From Candidatus Kapaibacterium sp. (GTDB lineage Bacteria; Bacteroidota; Ignavibacteria; Kapaibacteriales; UBA4661), in NCBI GenBank assembly GCA_025455065.1, contig JALONG010000004.1, forward strand, positions 86,690 through 150,689: DNA of 64,000 bases, read 5' to 3'. Under the pieces are notes generated by a model. That model did no database searches. It was not told the origin of the DNA and saw nothing but the letters and a program-made list of their open reading frames with translations. The translations under genes were made by a program, and so were the position numbers. Below are positions 31,078 to 41,740 of the stretch, in pieces. Within the stretch, counting starts at the first letter, position 1; every line of letters begins with the position of its first letter.

Positions 31078-32559
31078 ATGGAACAATTCAAAAATTACAT
31101 CAATGGCAAATGGGTTGCTGCCGCTTCAGGCAAAACCTTCCAAAACCTGAATCCTGCTGACCAGCGCGATGTTATCGGTGAATTTCCCGAATCCGACGCT
31201 GCCGATATTGACGCTGCTGTCAAGGCAGCAAAAGCCGCAGAACGCGCATGGATGCTTATGCCTGCGCCAAAGCGCGGGGACATTCTTCGCAAAGCGGGCG
31301 ATATTTTTTCGCGCCGCAAAGCCGAACTTTCGCGCATTATGACCCGCGAAATGGGCAAACCCACCTTCGAGACCGCAGGAGATGTGCAGGAAGCCATAGA
31401 CACGTGTTATTATGCGGCTACCGAAGGTCGCCGTTTATTCGGTTACAATACGCCGAGTGAAATGGAAAACAAGATGAATATGTCGTTTCGGATGCCGATT
31501 GGCATTTGTGGCATCATTACCGCGTGGAATTTCCCTATTGCCGTGCCGTCGTGGAAGATAATTCCGGCGCTGGTTTGCGGTAATACCGTCATTTTTAAGC
31601 CGTCGGATGATTCCCCTCATTCTGCCGTTATTTTTGCGGAGATTTTGGAAGAAGCGGGTGTTCCTGCCGGTGTGTTCAATGTGGTGCATGGCAAAGGTGC
31701 AAGCGGCGCGGCACTGGTGGAACATCCCGATGTGAAACTTATTGGTTTTACAGGTTCGACCGACACAGGCAAAAAAATCGCGGCAAAGTGCGGCGAAATG
31801 AACAAAAAATGCTCCCTCGAAATGGGCGGTAAAAACGCTCTTGCCGTCATGGAAGATGCCGACCAAGAACTTGCATTGGAAGGCGTACTTTGGGGTGCGT
31901 TTGGCACAACAGGGCAGCGCTGCACAGCAACTTCCCGGCTTATCGTTCACAAAGACATTTACGAAGAATTTACGAACAAACTTATCACCAAAGCCTCGAA
32001 ACTCCGCTTGGGACCGGGCTTGGAAGAAGATACGCAAGTTGGTCCCGTGATTAACGAGCGCCAATTAGACAAAATCGAAAAATATATCGAAATCGGGCGC
32101 GAACAAGGTGCTAAACTTGCTCTGGGCGGTGGACGCGATGACGGTCCGAAACTCGGCATGGGCTTATTCGTCAAACCCACGATTTTCCTTGATGTAACGC
32201 CACAAATGCGCATTTTCCGCGAAGAAATTTTCGGTCCTGTGTTGTCGGTAACAAAAGCAGAATCCTTTGACCACGCTATTGAACTTATCAATGATTGTGC
32301 CTACGGCTTGTCGTCAAGCGTGTTTACATCCGATGTAAACCGCGCCTTCCGCGCTATCCGCGACATCGAAGCCGGAATTACCTACATCAACGCGCCCACG
32401 ATTGGTGCGGAGGCGCATATGCCTTTTGGCGGCGTAAAAGGCACAGGCAATGGACACCGCGAAGGCGGTTGGACGGCATTCGAGATTTTCACGGAGTGGA
32501 AATCGGTGTATGTGGATTTCTCCAGCAAACTTCAGCGTGCGCAGATTGATAACTATTGA
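31078..32559 (+). CDS. NAD(P)-dependent aldehyde dehydrogenase family protein
   Basis: ALDH motifs [18 protein letters not shown]-like (EMGGKNA), catalytic Cys in [10 protein letters not shown]. 493 aa. Confidence 0.88.
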   Translation: MEQFKNYINGKWVAAASGKTFQNLNPADQRDVIGEFPESDAADIDAAVKAAKAAERAWMLMPAPKRGDILRKAGDIFSRRKAELSRIMTREMGKPTFETAGDVQEAIDTCYYAATEGRRLFGYNTPSEMENKMNMSFRMPIGICGIITAWNFPIAVPSWKIIPALVCGNTVIFKPSDDSPHSAVIFAEILEEAGVPAGVFNVVHGKGASGAALVEHPDVKLIGFTGSTDTGKKIAAKCGEMNKKCSLEMGGKNALAVMEDADQELALEGVLWGAFGTTGQRCTATSRLIVHKDIYEEFTNKLITKASKLRLGPGLEEDTQVGPVINERQLDKIEKYIEIGREQGAKLALGGGRDDGPKLGMGLFVKPTIFLDVTPQMRIFREEIFGPVLSVTKAESFDHAIELINDCAYGLSSSVFTSDVNRAFRAIRDIEAGITYINAPTIGAEAHMPFGGVKGTGNGHREGGWTAFEIFTEWKSVYVDFSSKLQRAQIDNY

Positions 32560-32580
32560 TACTGCTCACACATCGATAAT

Positions 32581-32626
32581 AAAAACCGCCCGCAACACAC
32601 GTCGTGATGCGGGCGGTTTTGTTGTT
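32581..32626. terminator. Bidirectional rho-independent terminator between the convergent ALDH and M50 genes
   Basis: aaaaaccgcccgc-N-gcgggcggttttgtt. A perfect 9-bp GC stem flanked by an A-run on one side and a T-run on the other. Confidence 0.65.
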
Positions 32627-32641
32627 GTACTTCTCTTCAAT

Positions 32642-33313
32642 TTACGAAAACCAAAGCCGTGCAACGTCCATGTACCAATAGTAAATTCCCACAATAACGC
32701 TGCTCAATAAGCCGCGCAAGGGCGTAAAATTGAGCAAAAGCAGTAAAATTATCATGCCGTATAAGCCCATAGAACGGTACTTGTCCGCCATATCGTCGGG
32801 AAGCGTGTTTGCAACAACGTGTGAGCCGTCAAGCGGCGGAATGGGAATCATATTAAACACCGCCAGCGCAATGTTGATAATCAACCCATAGCGCATAAAA
32901 CGGTAAAAAAGTTCGCCCGGTGTACCTGTGGAAACGTCAATCGTGCCGTTTGTGGCAACGACCAATCCCGCAAAAAACAGCACCGAAAGCACGATGTTGG
33001 AAGCCGGTCCGGCAAGCGCAATCAGCGTATCATCGCGGCGAATGTTCCGCAAATTACGCCAATCCACCGGAACAGGTTTTGCCCAACCGATAAGCGCTGC
33101 ACCGCCCGTAAATGCTGACAGCACGGGCATAACGATTGTTCCCAAAAAATCAATATGCGGCACAGGATTCAGCGTAACCCGCCCCAAATCTCGTGCGGTT
33201 GTGTCACCCAGATAATATGCCGACAGAGCGTGTGCCGCTTCGTGAACCGAGAGCGACAGCAGAAAAATCGGCATTGTTACCAGCAAATTGGAAATGATTG
33301 ATTGAAAGTCCAT
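32642..33313 (-). CDS. Site-2 protease (peptidase M50) family membrane metalloprotease
   Basis: HEAAHALSAYYLGD HExxH motif in a TM helix. Multiple TMs and a LDGS-type motif. Start set at MDFQSI (33313). Confidence 0.75.
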   Translation of the reverse strand: MDFQSIISNLLVTMPIFLLSLSVHEAAHALSAYYLGDTTARDLGRVTLNPVPHIDFLGTIVMPVLSAFTGGAALIGWAKPVPVDWRNLRNIRRDDTLIALAGPASNIVLSVLFFAGLVVATNGTIDVSTGTPGELFYRFMRYGLIINIALAVFNMIPIPPLDGSHVVANTLPDDMADKYRSMGLYGMIILLLLLNFTPLRGLLSSVIVGIYYWYMDVARLWFS

Positions 33314-33425
33314 AGAAAAAAACCTTGAGTTCGGAAAATGAAGGTGAGTGCAGAAGAGGGTAGTGTTAATTGGTATCCGTGTCCAACAATCGCCGTCTGT
33401 AAGGCGGAAAGGTTGTGAGCATCGT

Positions 33426-33692
33426 TTACTGCAAGCGATTCTGCAATCGGAGAATGCTTGTAACGTTGTTTCTGAGCGTTTCCAGCATTTCAGCTTCATC
33501 TTCCAAAGCAAGATTGTTGTCAATGAGGATATTCAGAAGGCGCGTTCCGGTGATGTTCAGAAAGAGCGCAACGTTGTATTCACGCGCATCCAGAGCATTT
33601 TTGAGTTCGAGCAGTGCCGTATGCAGCAATTCTTGAATCGTGCGTCGTTCTACTAACTCACGTGTCGTAAATTCTTCGAGACGCTTGTACAT
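33426..33692 (-). CDS. Small alpha-helical hypothetical protein (88 aa) downstream of dnaJ
   Basis: ORF only. Confidence 0.3.
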   Translation of the reverse strand: MYKRLEEFTTRELVERRTIQELLHTALLELKNALDAREYNVALFLNITGTRLLNILIDNNLALEDEAEMLETLRNNVTSILRLQNRLQ

Positions 33693-33785
33693 GAAAACCT
33701 CGTTGTAACGGGATTGAACCAGATGAAGAAAGCCGTGAGTTATTGAGAGGAAATAACAGAACGTGAAGGTTGCATAGCAAACCGA

Positions 33786-34976
33786 TTAGGAAAATACTTC
33801 CCGAACTTTATCGAAAAAATCCTTAGAATCCTTGTTTTCATCAGGCTTTGGTGCAATATTCGGGCTTTTCGACAATTCTTTCAGCGTGGTCTTTTCTTTG
33901 GCGTTGAGTTTCGTCGGCACGTACACATTCACAAGAATTGTCTGGTTGCCTTTTTCGTAGCTGTTCAGTTGCGGAATACCTTTGTTTCGCAAGGTAATTT
34001 TCGTACCGGGCTGCGTTCCCGCTTCAATCGAAATCACTGTCGAACCTTCCAGCGTCGGCACGGTAACTTCGCCGCCAAGCGCTGCGTCGGGGTAACTGAT
34101 AGTCAGGTTGTACAGAATGTCATTCCCGTTGCGCACAAAATAATCGTGCTTTTTCTCTTCGATGATTATTAGTGCATCTCCGGCTTCACCACCACGCCGT
34201 CCGGCATTGCCTTGTCCGCGCATCGGAATGTAATTTCCTTCGCTCACTCCGGCGGGGAAATTAACTTTGATAGTTGCTTCGACTTTCACGCGCCCTTCAC
34301 CTTCGCAGGTTTGACACGGGTCTTTAACGATTTGTCCCGTTCCGCCACAGGTTTGACAGGTCGAAACGTTGATAAACTGCCCAAACATGGAGCGTGACAC
34401 TTGACGAATTTCGCCCGTGCCGTTACACGTGCCACACGTCGTCAAGCCTGTTCCGGGCTTTGCACCGGAGCCGTTACACGTGTCGCATTTTTGCATCTTT
34501 TTCACACGGACGGTTTTTTCTACGCCTTTGGCAATTTCTTCCAACGTCAAAGGCATACGGATTTTAATATCTGAGCCGCGCTCACCAGTCTGCCGCCGCG
34601 CACCGCCGCGTCCACCACGCGCACCACCCATATTTCCGAAGATTTCATCGAAAATACTGCCGCTACCGCCTGCTCCGGCATTGCCGAAAATATCGCCGAA
34701 ATGACTAAAAATGTCGTTAATATTGGAGTATTGCCCAAAGTCCGCACCACCGCGCAATCCTTGATGACCGAATTGGTCATACCGCTTGCGTTTTGTCTCG
34801 TCGCTGAGAACTTCATACGCTTCGGTGGCTTCTTTGAATTTGTCTTCGGCTTCTTTGTTGTCGGGATTGCGGTCGGGGTGGTACTGCAAAGCGAGTTTGC
34901 GGTACGAAGCCTTGATTTCGTCCTTCGACGAGGTTTTACCGACACCTAAAATTTCGTAATAATCGCGTTTTGACAT
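33786..34976 (-). CDS. dnaJ: Chaperone DnaJ
   Basis: J-domain with HPD, G/F-rich region, four CxxCxGxG zinc-finger repeats and C-terminal domains. Confidence 0.95.
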   Translation of the reverse strand: MSKRDYYEILGVGKTSSKDEIKASYRKLALQYHPDRNPDNKEAEDKFKEATEAYEVLSDETKRKRYDQFGHQGLRGGADFGQYSNINDIFSHFGDIFGNAGAGGSGSIFDEIFGNMGGARGGRGGARRQTGERGSDIKIRMPLTLEEIAKGVEKTVRVKKMQKCDTCNGSGAKPGTGLTTCGTCNGTGEIRQVSRSMFGQFINVSTCQTCGGTGQIVKDPCQTCEGEGRVKVEATIKVNFPAGVSEGNYIPMRGQGNAGRRGGEAGDALIIIEEKKHDYFVRNGNDILYNLTISYPDAALGGEVTVPTLEGSTVISIEAGTQPGTKITLRNKGIPQLNSYEKGNQTILVNVYVPTKLNAKEKTTLKELSKSPNIAPKPDENKDSKDFFDKVREVFS

Positions 34977-35001
34977 GGTAAATTTGCTTCAAAAGTAATG
35001 G

Positions 35002-35571
35002 TTATTCAGCACTTTTTTCTTCTGCGCCTGATGCAGAGGGCATTCCGGCAGAAATAATCACTTTCGCATGGCGTAAAACCTTGTTTCCAAGCGTATAACC
35101 GCGCTGTGCCTCTTGAACGATTTGTCCTTCCGGTGCTTCGGAAGGCATTTGCATCAGTGCTTCGTGGAGATTAATATCAAAATCCTGACCAACCGACGGA
35201 ATCGGCTCTACACCTGCATCTTTGAAGGTCTGCAAAGCTTTGTTAAACACCAATTCTACGCCGTCAAGAAGCGCTTTGTAATCGGTGCTGTTTTTGCCGC
35301 TTTCTACCGCACGCTGCATATCGTCCAGCACGGGGAGTAGTTTTTGCAAAAGTTTCGTATTGGCGTGAATGATAAGTTCTTGGCGTTCCTGCTCGGTGCG
35401 GCGACGAAAATTCTCTAATTCGGCAACTTTGCGCAGCGAAATTTCTCGGAACTCATCGCGCTCACGGCGTAACTGCTCAAGGTCAGTATCGGAAGCCTGC
35501 GAATTGCCATTGGAAGCAGCTTCGGGAGTCAAAGGTGCTTCTTCTTGAAGTGTTGCTGTTTGGTCATTCAT
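35002..35571 (-). CDS. grpE: Nucleotide exchange factor GrpE
   Basis: Coiled-coil N-terminus and GrpE C-terminal beta domain. Lies 25 bp upstream of dnaJ. Confidence 0.92.
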   Translation of the reverse strand: MNDQTATLQEEAPLTPEAASNGNSQASDTDLEQLRRERDEFREISLRKVAELENFRRRTEQERQELIIHANTKLLQKLLPVLDDMQRAVESGKNSTDYKALLDGVELVFNKALQTFKDAGVEPIPSVGQDFDINLHEALMQMPSEAPEGQIVQEAQRGYTLGNKVLRHAKVIISAGMPSASGAEEKSAE

Positions 35572-35721
35572 TGGTAAAAATCCTTAGAAAAATTCTTGTC
35601 AAACATTGGAAACAGTTTTCTGAAAACAGTTTTAGCAAGTTGTATGACGCAGAAGAAGACGAACAAGTTTCAGGCTTGTTGTGTTTTCATTACTGCAAGT
35701 GTCATTTGTCCATTGGGGAGG

Positions 35722-36645
35722 TTAGAGCAGTTGATTTGTTTGAATGTATTGCATCCCATCCCATTGATACAGCATTTTTGTTTTTCGTGTTTCAGTGCGG
35801 CTGCCTGGTTCGGCGGAACTGCTTTTGCGTGTTTGTGTGCGGGTTACAAGCAACGAATATAAATCTTTGCCCCATGTTTTCATCGTTTCCAGCGTTGCGC
35901 GGTCTTCCAAGGCTGTTTCGTACTGACCGCCTTCGGTTTCGGCATCATCGCCGACATTGGAGTAGGTGCAAAGTTCAAAAATGTTTTGCATAATCTCGTT
36001 TTGCACACGGAAAAGACAGAGCATGGAGGTTGTTTGTTGCTTTCCGTCGGTTTGCTGCGTCGCAGTCCACTCAAATGCGAGAGCGTATTCTTCGTCGGTA
36101 ATTTGATATTTTTTCTGTTGCACCGACGTAATTTCGGCATTATCAAATTCCGGCTTATAGGTTGTATGTGCCAAAACAGGATTGCTTTGCGTACTGTCAC
36201 GGAACGCAAAGACATCGAAAAGGCAGCCATCACCATTCTCGCGCTTTACAACAGCCATATACGTCTGCGCATTCGTGTTTAACTGCGTTACTTGAATATC
36301 GGTTATCGTAAATGTACTTTTGTCATCGGGCTTAATTTCATTCGCGTAGAGCGTGATGATAAGGTCTGTCGGCAAAAAGCGTCCGCAAATTTTTTCGGGT
36401 TGGGATTTGGAAAATGCTAATACAACTATCGCGTCATTGATACGCAAGGACTGAAGCGCATGATTTGCGGATAAAGACTGATTATTTGCCGATGTGCCTC
36501 CCGTAGCGGAAGATTGTGCTTGTTGGGGCTGTGCCTGATCCTGTTGCGCAGCTTCTTTTGATGACGAAGTACAACCGTACCAAGCAACGGATAACGCAAA
36601 GGTGCAGATGCTGACCATGCTGAGGGGTAGTGAGCGCATAATCAT
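35722..36645 (-). CDS. Hypothetical lipoprotein
   Basis: Lipoprotein-type signal (MIMRSLPLSMVSICTFALSVAWYGC) followed by a Q/A/S-rich linker. No recognised domain. Confidence 0.45.
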   Translation of the reverse strand: MIMRSLPLSMVSICTFALSVAWYGCTSSSKEAAQQDQAQPQQAQSSATGGTSANNQSLSANHALQSLRINDAIVVLAFSKSQPEKICGRFLPTDLIITLYANEIKPDDKSTFTITDIQVTQLNTNAQTYMAVVKRENGDGCLFDVFAFRDSTQSNPVLAHTTYKPEFDNAEITSVQQKKYQITDEEYALAFEWTATQQTDGKQQTTSMLCLFRVQNEIMQNIFELCTYSNVGDDAETEGGQYETALEDRATLETMKTWGKDLYSLLVTRTQTRKSSSAEPGSRTETRKTKMLYQWDGMQYIQTNQLL

Positions 36646-36911
36646 TCCTTTCAAAAAAATGGTTTCAACCAGCAAATATACCATTTTGCGCTGTACCGTA
36701 AAAGCGGAAATTATCCCCATAATGATTGAAGTGTTTGCTGACCGATGTAAAATGTTGCATTCACAAACCTTTTACGGACAGCATCAGCCACAATTTCTAG
36801 CAATTTGTAGCCCAAAAACTTGTATTTTTAACTCATTCTTTTGTACAATCTCGGTTTTGCATAATTTCACCCCTTACATTCTAAAGTATCCCCCACTCAC
36901 CACGATCATCT

Positions 36912-37622
36912 ATGAGACTTCTGTTGTTTGATATTGATGGCACTCTCGTTTCCGTCGAGCGCAGTGCTTCGCGGATGATGCTTCGCCGCGTTGTTGAAGA
37001 AATTTTCGCCATTGAGTTACCACCACATTTCGAGTTTCAACTTGGCGGAAAGACCGATTACCAAATTATGACCGAAACCGCACAAATGCTGGATTTACCG
37101 ACAAAGCTCGTGGAAGAAAAGCGTGAGCAGATTCAGGATGTTTTGACACAACACACGGCAACACTCTCGAACCCCGAAACTATGCGCATTTTGGAGGGTG
37201 TGAAGCATTTAGTTGAGCATCTGGCTTCGCGCAACGATGTTGCCTTAGCGCTTCTCACAGGAAATCTCGAAACAACGGCTCTGCTCAAACTCCGTCCGCA
37301 TGGCTTAGATAGGCACTTTCCGGTGGGGGCGTTTGGTTCTGACCATATTGACCGCACCATGCTTCCGCCGATTGCGCTCAAACGTGCAAATGCCCATTAC
37401 AAAACACAGCACGGTTTCCATATCAATTTCGAGGCAAAAAACACGCTTATCATTGGCGATACACTGAACGACATTGCCTGCGCCAAGGCTCATGGAATCA
37501 AGACCTTAGCTGTAGCTACTGGTACAGTTGGCATGGGAACACTCCGCGAAGCAGGTGCGGAATTTGTTGTGGAAAATTTTGCGGATATGCAAGCAATTAC
37601 GGATATTGCGACGAATTTTTGA
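36912..37622 (+). CDS. HAD-superfamily hydrolase (phosphatase-like)
   Basis: Motif I LLFDIDGTL and motif IV GDTLNDIACAKAHG. Confidence 0.8.
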   Translation: MRLLLFDIDGTLVSVERSASRMMLRRVVEEIFAIELPPHFEFQLGGKTDYQIMTETAQMLDLPTKLVEEKREQIQDVLTQHTATLSNPETMRILEGVKHLVEHLASRNDVALALLTGNLETTALLKLRPHGLDRHFPVGAFGSDHIDRTMLPPIALKRANAHYKTQHGFHINFEAKNTLIIGDTLNDIACAKAHGIKTLAVATGTVGMGTLREAGAEFVVENFADMQAITDIATNF

Positions 37623-37667
37623 GTTTTACCGCTCAGGTATGACCGCTCAATGAGTTTTACCGCTCAG

Positions 37668-37775
37668 GTATTATACCAATTTACGTTGAAGATTGTGCAT
37701 TGTTTTTTCAATGCTTTTCTCTGGAAGCAGCATAAATACTCGCACAGACAAGAATGTCTGTGCCACTGACTTCTC
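37668..37775. repeat. Partial copy of the composite dispersed repeat (5' module plus palindrome core)
   Basis: tataccaatttacgttgaagattgtgcattgttttttcaatgcttttctctggaagcagcataaatactcGCACAGACAagaaTGTCTGTGCcactga. Matches 50019-50118. Confidence 0.75.
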
Positions 37776-38446
37776 CCAATATCATCATTGCCCTTGACGG
37801 TCCGGCAGGTTCGGGCAAAAGCACCACAGCTCGCCGTGTGGCGGAAGCGCTGGGCTATGTGTACATTGACACCGGCGCTATGTACCGCGCAATCACGCTT
37901 GCTGCCTTGCGGGAAGAACGCTCCATTACGAACTCCGACTTGCTTCCCATTGTCAAAGAGTATCAATTACAACTCACCATTTCACCCGACGGACAGCGTA
38001 CAATCTTGGGGCGCGAGGATGTTACCGAAGAAATTCGCTCGCCGGAAGTGACAAAACTTGTAAGCGCTGTTAGCGCTTTGCCGTCGGTGCGCGAAGCAAT
38101 GTCAAAACGGCAGCGCGAAATGGGCAAAAACGGTGGTGTTGTCATGGACGGGCGGGACATTGGAACGGTCGTGTTCCCCGAAGCCGAACTGAAAATTTTT
38201 CTTATAGCATCGCTCGAAGAACGCGCTAAACGCCGATTGGCGGAACTAAAGGACAGTTCTGTTTCGCTGGAAGAAATGTGCAAGCAAATCAGTGAACGCG
38301 ACAAGCAAGACACAGAGCGCCTTGTCAGCCCCTTGCGCAAAGCGGACGATGCCGTTGAAATTGATACTTCCGCGCTCAGTATTGATGCTCAAACAGAGCG
38401 TATTTTGGCGCTGGCACGGGAACGTATTGCGGCAAAGCGGGGATGA
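37754..38446 (+). CDS. cmk: Cytidylate kinase
   Basis: IIIALDGPAGSGKST P-loop and DTGAMYR motif. The ATG start lies inside the spacer of the palindromic repeat. Confidence 0.9.
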   Translation: MSVPLTSPNIIIALDGPAGSGKSTTARRVAEALGYVYIDTGAMYRAITLAALREERSITNSDLLPIVKEYQLQLTISPDGQRTILGREDVTEEIRSPEVTKLVSAVSALPSVREAMSKRQREMGKNGGVVMDGRDIGTVVFPEAELKIFLIASLEERAKRRLAELKDSSVSLEEMCKQISERDKQDTERLVSPLRKADDAVEIDTSALSIDAQTERILALARERIAAKRG

Positions 38447-38686
38447 GAAACGTTTGCAATATCTATATGGCATAAAAAGGTCGCTCGCATCGTCCTGCGT
38501 TAAAATACCGAACATCGGACAACATCGCTTCAAACGTGGTCGCATATTAAACTTTTCCCGCCGTCGGCAGTATCAAAGGAATAAAATTGTACGGAATTAT
38601 TTGGCAAAGCGCTTTTGAAATCGTAAATTAGAAGTCTTTGATAATTCTTACTTTCTTCATTCATTGTTCACTGTTTTCATAGCACT

Positions 38687-39229
38687 ATGAAATATTTCCT
38701 CAGCGCAGCACTTTTAGCTGCTGTGGCATTTGTTAGCCCCGCTTACGCACAAAAAGCAGCCTCCGGTGCTGCATCCGGCGGCGTAAAAATCGGTGTTGTT
38801 GATTCGCAAAAAATCGTCGCACAACTTCCCGAAGCAAAAGAAGCACAAGAAAAACTTCAAGAATCCGGTAAAAAATACCGCGATACCCTCGAAACCATTC
38901 AAAAAGACTACGTTCAGGCTCTCGAAGGATATGACAAACAAAAAGGCATGATGTCTGCCGACGCGAAAACCAAAGAAGAAGAGCGTTTGAAGGCAATCCA
39001 AGAGCGCTTCCTCCGCTACCGCGAAGAAAAACTCGGTAATCAAGGCGAACTCGCGCAGTTGCAGGAAGAGCTTCTCGCTCCTATTCGCAAGCGCGTTCAA
39101 GCGGCAATCAAAGAAGTTGCTAAAGGCGAAAAACTCTCCGCAGTAATGGAAACACCCGCTTTTGTCTATTTCGATGAAGAATTGGATATCACCTTCCGCG
39201 TTTTGGATAAACTCAAACGCAATAAGTAA
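38687..39229 (+). CDS. OmpH/Skp-family periplasmic chaperone
   Basis: Signal peptide and a long coiled-coil region typical of the OmpH family. Confidence 0.75.
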   Translation: MKYFLSAALLAAVAFVSPAYAQKAASGAASGGVKIGVVDSQKIVAQLPEAKEAQEKLQESGKKYRDTLETIQKDYVQALEGYDKQKGMMSADAKTKEEERLKAIQERFLRYREEKLGNQGELAQLQEELLAPIRKRVQAAIKEVAKGEKLSAVMETPAFVYFDEELDITFRVLDKLKRNK

Positions 39230-39434
39230 GACGAAATGTTGAGTTTTAAGTGTTGAGTTTTGAGTGGTAATACACCCGAAACAAACCATTAAAAAAGTCG
39301 TAATTTGTAGAACGGTTTCAGTGTATATCGAAACACCTGCTACACAGTTCAAAGCCAAAGCCGATGCAATGACTATTGCCGCGCTTTGGCTTTTCTGTCG
39401 TTACGGGTTTTGTTTCACTTTTTTGCGATTCGTT

Positions 39435-40307
39435 ATGATGAAGAATTCTTGGAAAATGCGCGGCTTTATCGTATTATGCAAGGCAGTACGGTGCAGAGCG
39501 CTTGGTATGGTGCTTGGAAGCACTACTCTTTGGGGTGTTGTCGGGGCAAGTAATGGTGTGCTTTGGGCGCAAGTACCGAAAGTCGCGTTTGTCAATTCTA
39601 ACACCATTCGTGAGCGTTTCCCCGATTACCAAACCGCCAAACAGCGCTTGGAATCTCTTGTTGCGGATTGGAAGCGCCAATCGGAAGACCAGCTTTCGCA
39701 AATTCAAACGCTGGAAGCGGAAATTCAGAAAAAACGCCTAATTTGGAGCGAAGCCGAACTCAAAGACCGCGAATTGCTCTTGCAAAAGCGCCGCCAAGAC
39801 CGCGAGGAATTTATCCGCAAAACCTTCAATTCCGGCGGTTCATTCGACACTGAGGCTGCAAATCTCATGCGCCCTGTGGAGGCGAAAATTGCTGCGGCGA
39901 TTCAAGAAGTGGCGATTACCGAAAATTACGATTATGTTTGGGACAAAAGTTCGCAGCCGCTTCTCTATGCCAATCCGCGTTTCGACGTTACCGCAAAAGT
40001 GATGGACAAACTCGGCTTATTTACTGACGACATTAAGGCAAAATTGAACGAAGCGATTGACAAAATTGAACGGGAGATTAACAAAGCTCGGCAGGAGCTT
40101 TCACCTTCCAGCATTCGCCGCCGCCTCAGTAGAATGGCGGAAGATGCGAAAAAAGTGGCTGAAGACACGATAAAAGAAGCCGAGAAGGAATTTAAAGACG
40201 CAACGAAAGACCTGAACTTAGGGCAGAAACAAGACACAAGCAAAAAAGTAACGCCACCACCCGCACCACCACAAGATTCGACCAAAAAAGAACCTCCGAA
40301 AAAGTAA
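39435..40307 (+). CDS. Second OmpH/Skp-like periplasmic chaperone with K/E/P-rich C-terminal tail
   Basis: OmpH-like coiled coil (KVAFVNSNTIRERFPDYQ...). Start uncertain; the ORF is open from 39264. Confidence 0.55.
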   Translation: MMKNSWKMRGFIVLCKAVRCRALGMVLGSTTLWGVVGASNGVLWAQVPKVAFVNSNTIRERFPDYQTAKQRLESLVADWKRQSEDQLSQIQTLEAEIQKKRLIWSEAELKDRELLLQKRRQDREEFIRKTFNSGGSFDTEAANLMRPVEAKIAAAIQEVAITENYDYVWDKSSQPLLYANPRFDVTAKVMDKLGLFTDDIKAKLNEAIDKIEREINKARQELSPSSIRRRLSRMAEDAKKVAEDTIKEAEKEFKDATKDLNLGQKQDTSKKVTPPPAPPQDSTKKEPPKK

Positions 40308-40352
40308 CACCCTTTTGGGGCAAATCGTTTACAACAATTTCGCAACATCATA

Positions 40353-41666
40353 ATGACCACACGCCCTCGCCTCAGCTTTTGGCAAATCTGGAACATGAGT
40401 TTTGGATTTCTCGGCATCCAATTTGGTTTTGCGCTGCAAAATGCCAATGTGAGCCGCATTTTTGCTACGCTCGGCGCAAACCCTGATGAAATCCCGATTC
40501 TCTGGATAGCCGCACCTACGACGGGGCTTTTGGTACAGCCCATTATCGGCTACATGAGCGACCGCACGTGGGGGCGTTTAGGGCGGCGCAGACCGTATTT
40601 TCTTATCGGGGCGATATTGGCTTCGCTGGCGCTTATTGCTATGCCAAACTCCCCCGCGCTCTGGATTGCTGCGGGCTTGCTGTGGATTATGGACGCTTCT
40701 ATCAATGTTTCGATGGAGCCGTTTCGTGCGCTGGTTGGCGATATGCTGCCTTCGGAGCAGCGTACAACGGGCTTCGCGCTGCAAAGTTTTTTCATCGGTA
40801 CAGGGGCGGTTATTGCGTCAGCGCTGCCTTATATGCTCACAAATTGGTTTGGCGTGGCGAATACTGCGGCTGCCGGGGCGATTCCGCCGTCGGTGGTGTG
40901 GTCATTTTATTTAGGCGCAATAGCGTTTATCGCGGCGGTAACGTGGACAGTTGCCACAACGCGGGAATATCCGCCGGAGAATCTCGCGGAATTTGAACGG
41001 GAAAAACAGCAGCAAAGCGGCTTATTTGCAAGTCTTACGCATGGTTTACGGGAAATTCTGGATTCCTTTGGCAAAATGCCGAAAACGATGGTGCAACTTG
41101 CAGTGGTGCAGTATTTTTCATGGTTTGCACTTTTTTCGATGTGGATTTACACCACAAGCGCCGTTACAAGCCGCATTTACGGCACAAGCGACACAAATTC
41201 CCTTGCCTACAATCAAGGTGCAGACTGGGTTGGCGTGTGCTTTGCCGTGTATAATGGTGCGGCGGCAATTTTTGCGTTTATCATCCCGATTATTGCCGCA
41301 AAAACAAGCCGCAAAGCCGTTCATGCGATTGCACTTGTAGCGGGCGCTGTGGGGCTTGCGTCGGTGTATGTGATTTCCAGCCCGCAGATGCTGTTGGTTT
41401 CTATGTTGGGTATCGGTTTTGCGTGGGCGAGTATTCTTTCGATGCCCTACGCAATTTTGGCGGGAGCCTTGCCGCCGGAGAAAATGGGTGTCTATATGGG
41501 CATTTTCAACTTTTTTATCGTTATTCCGCAAATTACCGCAGCCGGAATTTTAGGCTTTTTTATGCGCTCACTTTTTGGCAATCAAGCCGTGTTTGCCTTG
41601 ATTTTGGGCGGTGTTTCGATGCTTATTGCCGCCGCGATGACGATGCTTGTTCAGGATGAGCATTAA
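40353..41666 (+). CDS. MFS transporter, GPH/SLC45-like sugar:cation symporter family
   Basis: 12-TM profile. Conserved DRTWGRLGRRRPY motif after TM2, typical of glycoside-pentoside-hexuronide-type MFS. Confidence 0.75.
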   Translation: MTTRPRLSFWQIWNMSFGFLGIQFGFALQNANVSRIFATLGANPDEIPILWIAAPTTGLLVQPIIGYMSDRTWGRLGRRRPYFLIGAILASLALIAMPNSPALWIAAGLLWIMDASINVSMEPFRALVGDMLPSEQRTTGFALQSFFIGTGAVIASALPYMLTNWFGVANTAAAGAIPPSVVWSFYLGAIAFIAAVTWTVATTREYPPENLAEFEREKQQQSGLFASLTHGLREILDSFGKMPKTMVQLAVVQYFSWFALFSMWIYTTSAVTSRIYGTSDTNSLAYNQGADWVGVCFAVYNGAAAIFAFIIPIIAAKTSRKAVHAIALVAGAVGLASVYVISSPQMLLVSMLGIGFAWASILSMPYAILAGALPPEKMGVYMGIFNFFIVIPQITAAGILGFFMRSLFGNQAVFALILGGVSMLIAAAMTMLVQDEH

Positions 41667-41740
41667 ACGTGCGTTGTAGCGCTGCCGAATCCCACAAAAA
41701 ATTGTGAAAACAAAGTTGTGCAACATTTTTTGAATATTCT

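Noticed and set aside
31435-32064. Minus-strand ORF of 209 aa inside the aldehyde dehydrogenase gene
   Set aside because: It is antisense to a gene with clear ALDH catalytic motifs.
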